Below are positions 52,779 through 64,000 of a stretch of 64,000 nt of DNA, piece by piece. Numbering within the stretch: position 1 is the first letter of the stretch; the number at the start of each line of letters is the position of its first letter. Under the pieces are notes generated by a model, which saw only the letters and a list, made by a program, of their open reading frames with translations, had not been told where the DNA came from and did no database searches. The translations under genes were made by a program, and so were the position numbers. The DNA is from Vicugna vicugna (taxonomy: Eukaryota): assembly GCA_013265495.1 (NCBI GenBank), contig MU058213.1, positions 2,294,001-2,358,000 of the forward strand, read 5' to 3'.

Positions 52779-52969
52779 CAGTTAGCCCTTGAACAACACC
52801 AGTTTGAATGACACGGGTCCCCTTATGCACAGGTATTTTTCAGTAATAAATACTGCAGTACTACAAGGACCACAGTTGGTTGAATCCACAGATGTGATTA
52901 CACCCTGACTGTCGAGGGACAACCAGAAATTCTATGTGGATTAACTCTCCCCTGTGGAAGGGTCAGTTC
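52779..52969 (+). mobile_element. Tigger2a/MER8-like TcMar MITE
   Basis: TA followed by TIR cagttagcccttgaacaac, and degenerate right TIR aagggtcagttc followed by TA. Confidence 0.8.
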
Positions 52970-53289
52970 TATCTGGTTGAACACCTTTGATGGACTAATT
53001 CATGAGCCTGTTTGGTGGAAATGCATCTGATGAGTATAAGCTTAAGTTTCTATTGGTCGTTTTGACTTTACACACTAATGGAATTATGAAAAGCTTTTCA
53101 GAACTCAGTCTCTTCCTAAGTATGGGATTTTCTCTATGTTGGAAAACTGCCTTTTTGGGTTTTGTTTGTTTTTTTAGCATTTTGTACATTACTGACCATC
53201 TTGCTAAGCTCTGTAGTCAATTCCAGTAGTTAAACTCAGTTGACTTTTGGTGTTTCCAGGGGTGTTCTCTGTAAGTAATGGCATCCTAT

Positions 53290-53760
53290 TCACTTAGAAT
53301 TAAAACTCAGTCCACTTAACATGACATAGATGGCATGGGCTGCCTCCCCAGACTCATCTCATGCCCCTCCTTTCTTCCTTCTCCCTGCTGCTCACCACTA
53401 TGGCCTGTTTAGTTTCCTCGAACATGACCACTCCACTTTCCAGTGTTAGGGCTTTAAACTTGATGTTTGCATTGCCACCTCCTGTCCATAGCTTAGATCT
53501 CTGTCTGGGACCCTTCTTCCAGTAAGCTTTCTCTGGCCCTCTGGTTTACATTAGGTACCCCTGATGTCTCCCATAGTGGCCAGTGCTTTTCCTTAAGGAG
53601 CTTTTCAGTTTGTGAATCTGTATCTTCTTTGTGATACTGTGTTTGATATCTGTCTCCTCTCACAAGGTTGTAGCCTTCATATCAGCAAGGAGGAGATTCT
53701 TTTTTTGTCAATCACTGTACTCTTACGCCTTGCACAGAGCATATTATATGCTATCAAAAT
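53290..53760 (+). mobile_element. L2 3' end
   Basis: tagtttcctcgaacatgacc...atctgtctcctctcacaaggttgtagccttcat. Confidence 0.7.
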
Positions 53761-54634
53761 AGGTTCCTGTTTCTTTCAGATAAGACCTTGCTCTCACCTA
53801 TCTGTTTAGAAGGAAGGAAGAAAAGCTTGTGTCTATTATATTTATGTCTGATCATGACTTAATAGATTTCCACTTGAGAAGCATTTGTATTGGAGAAGTA
53901 CACATGTTAATGGGATAGAGAGTTTGTCTAATGATAGAATTCTCAGACATAAAACTCCAGGGTGCTAAGAGGAGAAAAATGGGAAAAACAAAATCGTTTA
54001 GCTGCTAGCCATACAGGTGACTATCAATTTCAGGTTCTACATTTGATGAAAGACAAGATCTCTTAAAATAAAAATAGTATGGAGGGAATATAAATATAGA
54101 AAAGGAAATGATCTGTACATTTCAGTGCATTTCAGAAATGCTAGTATCATTATATATGGTACTGTGAGACCTTTGTGAGATTAAAAACATCGGTAAGAGT
54201 ATTTAACTTTTTTTTTTGCTCCTCAAATGGCTTATTTTTCTGAGAAAGAGACAGCCATTTCACTTGAACAAGTTACAGGATTTTATCTGTGCTAACATGT
54301 ATCATGTGTCTTGAGCTCTTCAGATGTTAAATTAGAGGTGATGCTTGAGAGGCACAGTACTCTGCCAAAGAGCTCTGCAGTGAATCCCTAGGTTATTTTT
54401 TGACAACAAAGACACTTCTGTCAGGAATCTTTATTATTTCACAAACACCTGACAAATAAACTGACCTAGCCTTATAGGATGGATAATACTTGAAGAATGT
54501 TTAGAACTATAAGCCACTGTTTCAGTCAGGATCTGAACAAAAAACAGATGACATTGCAGAACAGAATTGAGGAGGTTTGCTTACAAAGGGACGAGGTACA
54601 AAGTGTGGGTAGAGGAAAACCATGAGGATGGGGA

Positions 54635-56220
54635 TATACATCACATACAGTGAAGCAAACCCATTTTAGGTGTATCATTCAATGAGTTTTGTCAGGAGGA
54701 TGTGGGCTTGTGTATATGGCAAATAAACAAAAATTCAGACTATTTCCATCATTGTAAAACATTCTCTCTTGTCCCTTTAACCCTCACCCTAGGCTGTGGG
54801 CTGTCACTGAGCAACTTTCAGTCACTACAGATTAATTGTACCTGTTCTTGAATTGTATATAAACAGAGTAATGCAGTAAGTACTTGTTGACTCCAGATTC
54901 TTTAGTTCCACATAGGTTGTTGATTGCATTAGTGGTTGTTCATTTGTATGGCTGAGTAGTGTTCAATTGTATGCATATATCACAGATGATCAGTCCTCTA
55001 CTGAAACACACCTAGGAAGTTTCGAGTTTTGAGGGGTTGGTTGTTTTTTTTGCCGTTTTTAATAAAGTCTCTATAAGCATGTTTGTACAAGTTTTAATTT
55101 TTGTCAAGTTATTTTATATATATTTGTTGTTTTCTGTGTAGGGCATTTATTATACTAAGAATTACTTTCCCAATTTGAAGTTATAAAGGTTTTATACTAT
55201 GGTTTCCTTTCAAAATTTTATAGCTTTAGCTTTTGCATTGATGATACCTGTGATCCACTTATAGTTAATTTTTATATATATTGTAAAGGTAAGAAGAAAA
55301 ATTTACTTTTGTCCATATGAATATACAGTTGTTCCAACATTTATTGAAAATACTAGCATTTTGCTTTAATTACCTTGCTACTTCTGTTGAGAATGAGTTG
55401 ATCTGGTGTGGGTAATCAGTTTCTGGACTCTATCCTGATCATTGATCTATTTGCATTTCTTTATGCCAATATCACACCCTCATGATTGCTTCAGCTATAT
55501 AGTAAGCCTTGAAAACCAGGAGTGTATTTCTCCAATTTTGTTTTTTTCCAAGATTGTTTTTTCAGCTATTATAATCCCTTCAAATTTCCATATAAAGTTT
55601 TACAAGTTCTACCCAAAAGTTTGCCGAGATTATGATTGATGATACATTAAAACTCTTGGCCAATTGTTAATTAGTTGTCATCATAAAAATAATGAATTTT
55701 CTGATGAAAGAACAAAGTGTCTGTCGATTGTTTAGGTTTTCTTCAATTTCTCTTGACACTGTACAATTTTTGTAAGCACTTGCTAAATTCATCTCTAAGT
55801 ATTTCATGGTTTTGAATGCTGCTGTAAACTATACTTTTAAAATTTTACTTTTCCATTTTTTGTTTCTAAGAATTAGAGGTGGGATTTATTTTGGTAATAC
55901 TGATCTTGTATCTGCGACCTTGCCAAAATCACTCATTAGTTTTCATTTTTGCATCTTCCTTAGGATTTTCTGTGTGCAGAAACCCTGTCATCTGCATATA
56001 CAGTTTAATTCCTTCCTTTCTACATGTGAATTTTATTTATTTTTACTGCTTTAATGTGCTGACTAGGATGATGCTAAGTAGAAGTGGAACCATGCTCATC
56101 ACCTTGTTCCCAACCATGTGAGCAGTAGGTTTCCCATGGTTGCCCTGTATGGAGTTTCTGTTCCAAAGAGTTTTTAATTGCTGAATGTGTGTTGAATTTG
56201 GTCAAATGCCTTATCTGAAG
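54635..56220 (-). mobile_element. Old L1 (L1MC/MD-like)
   Basis: catacagtgaagcaaacccattttaggtgtatcattcaatgagttttg and atatacagttgttccaacatttattgaaaa. Confidence 0.75.
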
Positions 56221-57149
56221 TCCTGCAGTGGAATAAGGTGAGTCAACATTCATTCCAGCTACTATTTGAGAAGCAATACCTCCCTGCAGTCTCAAATGCT
56301 GGAATGGGAGACACAGCTTCAGTGACACTAAGTGAAGTGTCTTTGAAGAGTCAGTTTATACACATGGCTGAGTCAGTGTATGTATGTTTTTAAATGTTAT
56401 CACTTCTTACAGTTTTCTGTGATTTCATGTCCTTAATGTCATGTTATATGGATCTTGATACTTCTTAATATTCTCTTCCACATTTACTCCAAAATGTTAC
56501 TAAAATGACTAATAAAAACAGCACAGCCACCCTTACCAGAACATCACCCTATGTTCTAGAGGTAACAAGGTGATGCTGTTACATGGAGAATGATGAAATA
56601 CTAACTCTATTCCGTGACTCTTTTTTAGATATTTAGGTTATCAAATTTAAAAAACAAGCAATAGGAAAATAAATTATTGCAAAACAAAACAGTATTTGCT
56701 TGTTTACTAATTACATCTTCTCCAGGAATATCGGTGTTTTCACCACTAATGAGCTGGCTTATTTATATAATCACCTCTTTTATTTGTGGAGAGATTATTC
56801 ATAGAAAATCTTGCCTTTGCTTTTTAATCATACCTTTACTGTTTTAATTCTTATCAAAATTCAGCAAAGAGTTTGGTTTAGGTGTGATACAATCATTGTA
56901 TTCTTGACTACAATTTAGTGTAACGTAAAGAAATAAAGCTAAAATGCTAGGATTAAAGCTAATTTTTACTTCAAGCGTCATAATTTATAAAATATAAATG
57001 TATGTATATATGATTTTATCTTAGTCTCAAATTCTTAAAGTAAGATGAACTCTGGACCATACATTAATTCCATAATTATTTTTTGACCTTGCTCTCAAGG
57101 CGTTAATAGACTATTAAGGGAGATGGACTCATAACTCACAAATAATTGT

Positions 57150-57790
57150 ACTAATCACTAAGAGCGCTAATGAAAAGTGCACCAAAGACAGGAGGGAGAA
57201 GGCTACAAAAGGGAAGCGGTAATGACGACGTGGCCTCTCGAGCTGTAGTCTAGAGCAATGAAAAGGGATGTCCACTTAGACGAGACGGGGAAGTTTTCAA
57301 TGCCCCAAACTCAGTATTCTCAGAAGCAGTGAGGGGTAAACAAACACAGTGAATCTGGGAAAATGCATGAATTTCAATATGGAGTAAACAAAGACACATT
57401 GAAACTTGCACAAAGACAGGGTGGAGATGTAGGTAGACTCCACAGCATGACGGGCAGGCACACTGTGCTGAACAGCACTGTTTTTTTACAGGAAATTTTT
57501 TAAAACATCTGAGGGATTTGAATCAGTAGAAACGATAAAGTAAGTCTAGGTTTTAGGAAAATCTAGTATACCATCAAAAATGAATTGTTAGCCTGTGAGC
57601 ATGAAGAGAAGGGAAGCCAGTTAGAAAACTTTTGTAAAAATCAGGATGAAAAAACACCAAAGGTCAAAAAAGGCAAATAGCAATGGGAATAAAGAAGAAA
57701 GGATAGATTCTCTAGTTTTTTATATGGTAAAGTTTAAAGAACTTAGGACTTCAATCAAATACATTGGAGGCACATGGAAGTGATAGAGGG
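57150..57790 (-). mobile_element. L2 fragment
   Basis: ggttttaggaaaatct...gggaagccagttagaaaact...gcaatgggaataaagaagaaaggatagattc. Confidence 0.6.
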
Positions 57791-58845
57791 AGGGTCATAC
57801 CTAGGTTTAAATTCCACATTAATGGTGGATGCAGAACCGAAGAGAGCAATCCACGTGTTTGAAAGGGTATCAGCCACCAATCAGACACAGTCATGTACTC
57901 TGGAACTCAGAAAATCACTCAGAAATGGTGGATAAATACCAGCACTTAAATACAATGATCTTTATAATGGTGGAGGAGATAGCTGGGCATCTACAGATGT
58001 CAGTGTGTACCTCATTTTAACAGTGCCTATACGATGTGTAATCCCGTCACTAACACATCAGTCATGTGAGATAGATATTATCACCCGCATCTAAAAGGAG
58101 CTTCATAGACTTAATTATCTACCCAAAGTCACTTAGCTAGTAAGTAGAAGAACTAAAATTTGAACTGGAGTCTGCTGAAATCCATGTAATTTATAAGATT
58201 CAAAAAGAGAGGAACTGTTACCAGAATTGAGTGAAGGGAGAAAATAACTTTTGCTGTGCTTATAATGTTAGGATGAAAGGTTGCCTTTAGATAATCTGAT
58301 TTCTGCTTCTGTCCTCTAATGTTTTCTACGAGTATAATCCAGCACCCCAATCTAGATCTAGAATTTTGTTAAGTTGGTAGTATAAGCCTTTATCCTTTAA
58401 GGTTATCCTCATAAAAAACATTTATGCAACAGCATGATATGTATCATGATTTATAAGGTAGTCACATATATCAGTTGTGAAGGACGTTATTAACCAATAT
58501 GATGTATACATTGTTACTAAAAGCATGCCCCATTCACTTTTAGAAGAGTCTTCAGTTAAAGTGCTGTATTTCATGACTATCTTAAAAAATTACCTCTAAC
58601 TTAACAATGATGGGCAACCACACTTCTCTTTCTCAGTGGTGTGAATTGTAGCCAGAGATTTAATACAGATTTCTTTAGTGTAGTCTGGGTTTTAAGTGAA
58701 GTCAGGCCGTTCCTCCAAATTTAAATTTTAATGTAATATTCTGCATTCTTATACCTCACTACCTATAAACTTCCTGATGTGGTGCAAAGAGCTATTGAAT
58801 GGATACAAAATTGATAATCTCCTTAGACTTGAGGATGAAACTTAA

Positions 58846-59918
58846 TTTTTTTTGATTGTACTATAGTCAGTTTACAATGTGTCAATTTCTGGTGTACAGC
58901 ACAATGCTTCAGTCATACAGGAACATACATATATTCATTTTCATATTCTTTTTCACCATAAGTTACAAGATACTGAGTATAGTTCCCTGTGCTATACAGT
59001 ATAAATTCTTTGTTTATATATTTTATATGTATATTAGTTAGTATCTATAGATCTTGAACTCCCAATTTATCCCCTCCCACCCTCTTCACCCCCTGGTAAC
59101 CATAAGTTTGTCTTCTATGTCTTTGAGTCTTTCTGTTTTGTAAGTAAGTTCGTTTGTCTATTATTATTATTATTTTTTAGGTTCCATGTGTAAGTGATAG
59201 CATATGGTATTTTTCTTTCTCTTTCTGGTTTACTTCACTTAAAATGACATTCTCCAGGTTCATCTATGTTGTTGCAAATGGCATTATTTTATTATTTTTT
59301 ATGGCTGAGTAATATCCCATTGCATAAATACACCACAACTTCTTTATCCAGTGATCTGTCAGTGGACATTTAGGTTGTTTCCATGTCTTGGTTATTGTAA
59401 ATACTGCTGCTCTGCACATTGGGGTGCATTTATCTTTTTGAATTAAGGTTCCCTCTGTATGTATGTCCAGGAGTGAGATTGCTGAATCATATGGTAAGTC
59501 TTTTGAGGAATCTCCACATTGTTTTCCATAATGGCTGCACCAACCTACATTCCCATCAACAGTGTAGGAGGGTTCCCTTTTCTCCACAGCCTCTCCAGGA
59601 TTTATCATTTGTGGACTTTTGAATGATGGCTATTCTGACTGGTGTGAGATGATACCTGATTGTAGTTTTGATTTGCACTTCTCTGATAATTAGCAATATT
59701 GGCATTTTTTTAATATGCCTATTGGCCATTTGTATGTCTTCATTGGAGACTTGCTTGTTTAGGTCTTTTGCCCATTTTTGGATTGGGTTATTTGTTTTTT
59801 TCTTACTAAGTTATATGAGCTGTTTATATATTCTGGAAATTAAGCTCTAGTCAGTCTCATCTTTTGCAAATATTTTCTCTTATTCCATAGGTTGTCTTTT
59901 TGTTTTGCTTATGGTTTC
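58846..59918 (-). mobile_element. Camelid-type L1, 5'-truncated (~1.07 kb)
   Basis: ORF2p remnant TWKQPKCP (59264-59608). TSD aggatgaaacttaa 58832-58845 vs aggatgaaagttaa 59919-59932 (13/14). Confidence 0.92.
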
Positions 59919-60299
59919 AGGATGAAAGTTAAATTAATTTTACTTTCAATCATTTGACTCCAATAAGTGCTTATTTAGAAGGAGTTTGGATGTGGGAGGC
60001 TGGACATCAGATACTACTATTATCTTGAGGGATTTCAGTTTTGCAGAGCTGTTCTCCCTACTCTATTACATTTTTATCCTTTAATGTGAACTTATACAGG
60101 GAAGCTCAGTTCCAGTGATAACTGAATCATTATCCAAATTCATCTGAAACTGATTTATTCTAAACCATTGGAGTGTATACTTTTAATTTAACTACTGAGG
60201 GCATCTACTTTCTCACATCATGGGATATAAAACACTGAGTTAACAGTTGAAAGATAAATTGTGACTCATGAAATTAGAGCAAAGTGAAGTGGATGGTCT

Positions 60300-60563
60300 A
60301 GAGCTTGCCATCCAATACAGTAGCCACTAGCCACAAATGAGTAGTATCAAGCACTTGAAAATGTATCTAGTCCAAACTGAGATGTGCTATAAGTATAAAA
60401 TATATACTTGATGTTAAGTAATTTGTACAATACAGAATGCAAAATATCTTAATAATTTATATTGGTTACCTGTAAAATATGTTGGATATACTGGGTATAA
60501 TAAAATGCATTTTACTTTATTTAATACAGCTTCTATATTGTATTTCTATTGGAAAATGATGAC
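60300..60563 (+). mobile_element. MER33/MER3-like hAT-Charlie MITE
   Basis: tccaatacagtagccactagccaca...actgagatgtgctataagtataaaata...atttctattgga. Confidence 0.8.
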
Positions 60564-60857
60564 ATTTAGAGATAGTCATTAGCTTAAAGTCTAGTGAATT
60601 ATCTCTGCTCTGCCAAGGAGAGAGAACTGGTGAGCTTTTATTGATTTCCAGGGGTGTAAGGATATTATAATCCTGCCTTGCCAATTATCCCTCTTTGTTC
60701 CTTTATATATTTACATATTAAAAGAAAAGTAAGAATTAAATTTCATTGTGAAAAGAACTGCCTAAATATCCAGTAACCCCCAATGCAGAACTTTGAGTTA
60801 AAAAGCTCAATTAGGGAATATTGCTTAGGCTTTGCTGAAATGGGAATGTAACAACAA

Positions 60858-61108
60858 TAAAAAATGATTAACATTTATAGAAGGGTTATTCTGAGAGCTT
60901 TGAAATGTATCAAATAATTTGTTTTACCTTCACAGTAACCCTACCAAAGAAATACTGTAATTATCCCCATTTTATAGATGAGCAAAATGAGGCCCCAGGA
61001 GGTTAAATAAGTTGCCCAGGCTTATCAAGTAGGAAATATCAGAAATAGGGATTTGAATATAGGAAATCTGACACTAGAATCTGGTCTCTTAACCACTATA
61101 CTATGTTT
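60858..61108 (-). mobile_element. MIR SINE
   Basis: attatccccattttatagatgagcaaaatgaggccccaggaggttaaataagttgccca...ctcttaaccactatact. Confidence 0.88.
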
Positions 61109-64000
61109 CCTTTCAAAATCAAATATGAAATTTTAGGGCTGTTTGAATATCAGACTAATAGGAATCCAGTGAGAAAGATGGGCAAAATTGTATCAGTTAC
61201 TCCAGGAGGCTGGACCTAGCAGAATTAAACCAGCGAGCAACGTGAAAGAGAATTGGAGCGTTCTTAAAACATGATTCTTGGCTTTTAGTACATGTTGACA
61301 GTGTGCACTGGTACACGTGGCCAGACACATGTCAAACTCTAACCAATCCAGTCAGATTAGTAACAGCTCCTCCCAAGGTTAAATGGGGAGAAAGGGCCGG
61401 AGGGGTGTGTATCAGAGGGAGTGTCCTGGCGTTCTGAAGGGAGGTAAAAGGCCCCTTGCCTCTACTTCCACTTCCGTCCTTTTCATCCATTGGACGAAAA
61501 TGCAAGTTTCCAGATGGTTAGGGTGTCCAGCTCTCACATTTATGAGGCTCTTTAAATATATACTGTGACCGAACCAGCGTGATGGGCTCTATTGAATTAC
61601 CTCTTCGCCAGTCTGTGTTCTAGACCAAAAGCTCATATCAGTGATTGCCATGGTACCTGACTACGTTACCAACGAGAGTATAACACAGTAAAGACTGTAT
61701 GATAACCTCATCCAAATGCTAAAAGTCTAGCAGGATAAAAATATCCCACACTTGAACAATATGAACAGTTATTAAGTTCTATCAGATTCAAATCAAAATA
61801 ACCTAACTTTTTTTGGTAGGAACTGAAGTCTCCAATTATTAAAATTGAAAATTTTTGTTTTCCTATTTCCCATTTTCCACTGTTTTGACCACTTGGTACT
61901 TAGTCTCAGAGGCTTGGGTTCTTTCTTAAGGATCAGTAGTTCAGGGCATTGTTCTCTGGAATGGGATAGCTCCTGGAATATATTCAGGACTCAGTCTTTC
62001 CCAAGTTCCTCTTGTCCAAAGCATTACAGAGTCAACGAGGCACATGAGAAATCACACCACTGGCCCCAGACCCACACAACTCAGAACCCATTATCTCCTC
62101 TGAAGTAACGGCATTTCTTGATCAAAGGTGGATTCTCCCCTACTGGTTCTAGTCATGAGCAGTTTTGGTGTATACACAAACAAAACAGCGATAATAGTAG
62201 TAGTAGCCTTGATTTCAGTTTGACTAAGATGTCAGTTGCCCAAAGTCCACAAACTTTGAATTTAAATTCATTTAGAGGAAACCTCACACAAGGTTAAGTT
62301 TTGCTTTAGCCAAGTTCAAGCCTACTGACTCCACATGCTTGTACTTGTCCTTGCCAAGCATGTGATCCCAGTGATAATAGAAGCAGGCTGGCGAGCCCCT
62401 TTATCTTTGTTCAGCTGTTCAGTTCCCAGGCCTTGGGTAACCTTCATTACTCCAGTGGGGCCAAAATATTTCCTTTCCACCACCTTATTTTCTTGCTGAG
62501 GCAAATAGTAACCTGCCATGGAAAAATAAACTATAGATCATCCTGCGAAGAGAAACAGACTAAAGAGGGGGAAAAATGCTTCAAAACAAACCCAAGAGGA
62601 ACAGAATCCACAGTACCCTGTCTAGCATCAGTAGCAGTCTCTGATTTGCCCAGCTAGTACCCATAAACACAATAAACCAGAGATCTGTGGTTTTGAGATG
62701 AGTCTTCCCTGGTGTCAAATCTTCTTTCCTGTGCTCCTAATATCAGCTGTAGTCTTGAGTTACTGAACTTAAGACAATAAGACACTTTGCTCTCATGTGC
62801 TAGTTCATCAACTAAGCTCCTTTGTGTTCTTTACTTTAAAATCATATTCCATGGCATAATGACCAGTAATCTTTGAAATTCCATCTCTCCATCAACTTTC
62901 CTTTATGTGGAATTCCAACTTGCTGATCGAAACAGAATATTACTTTCTTTAACCTAGACTAGTGTTTCATACCTTAATGGAGGATTCTTTGGTAAATCTG
63001 ATATAGAGCACAGAATTTAGGCCAGAGACCTAAGTGAATCTCAACCTCCCTATAAAGCCTGAATATAGATATTGGAATCATACCATTATCTTACTGGCTT
63101 TGGCAGTGAGTCAACTTGGGAGCTCAAGTGAAGCGAGGGTGATAGCTCCAGCTGGGTGGGTTTGGGTGTACCAAGCCACCAACTTTCAAGGAGTAGAATT
63201 TTGAGGGAAAGTGGAAGCAGAGAAGAGAAAGGAGAATCAGATGCTTACCTTAGTGTATAAGTACATGGAAACCATATTTTAATGCAAAATGATCCCAGAC
63301 TGTTAAAGCTGACCCAACATCCCAAACTTGACCAATTGGAATAAGATTCTCTTCCCTTGTGAAGAAGTGAGGATGGAATTGTACAGAGAAGCTGTCAGAG
63401 AAAAAGAGGCACCTTATCCCCATGAAGCCTGTTGTGGCCCAAGAACTGTTACATTCCACAAAGAGATATACAGAAACTGAGGGTAAGGGTTTAGGAAAAT
63501 GTGACAGTGATTTGACATCGCTCCAACATTCAGATCCATTATCAGTGGGCTCATCTGATTAATAGGGGTATGAATCATATGGTACAGCCTGCATACTCGT
63601 TAGCGCAGTAAGACCACAGAGTAGTCTATCATGGATAGGATTTTTGAAAAACTAAATTTTGCCCTTCACCGTAGTTTGAGAATCAGTAACAGAACCTGCT
63701 TTTAGTGCCTAAAATAATGTCTGCCATCTACAGGGTTTCTCTTCCCCTACCCTTAGACTCATGGTTTGCCCTTTACTCAATGTAGATGTTTATCCTTTTC
63801 TTTGCTTCTGTTTTTATACTGTCCTTCATTTCAACCTCATAGAATCATCAATTTAAATGACCTGAAAAGAATCTTAACGGACAGGCAGACTAACATTCTT
63901 TTTAGCCACAATCTTCAAATTGTAGTGTTTTTCCCTCTGTTAAACTTCATAGTATCTGCTTCCAATGATGTATAAGAAAGTATTTCCCACCTTTTTGGTA

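Noticed and set aside
1..64000. CRISPR arrays, operons, tRNA/rRNA genes, retroviral gag/pol/env or processed pseudogenes
   Set aside because: None recognised; this is mammalian intronic DNA with solo LTRs only.

Overview
Mammalian genomic DNA, not microbial. It is AT-rich and dense in L1, L2, MIR, MaLR/ERVL LTRs and DNA transposons. The youngest L1s look camelid-type and I see no ruminant or pig SINEs, so the species is probably a camel, llama or alpaca (inference). The only protein-coding sequence I can support is two small + strand exons of UNC13C (Munc13-3): a 23-nt microexon (33586-33608, DSSSVDEK) and a 65-nt exon (34188-34252, [21 protein letters not shown]). The exons expected before and after them are not in the window. 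The most notable feature is a CpG-island promoter (~7010-8050) with duplicated NRF1 sites and a strong + strand first-exon splice donor at 7496/7497, 26 kb upstream of the microexon, with no large UNC13C N-terminal exon in between. It is either an internal UNC13C promoter or the promoter of another gene, possibly neighbouring WDR72, placed here by an inversion or mis-assembly. Nearly all ORF-track entries are L1 remnants or chance ORFs. Repeat families were called by eye from remembered consensus sequences, and boundaries of old repeats are approximate.
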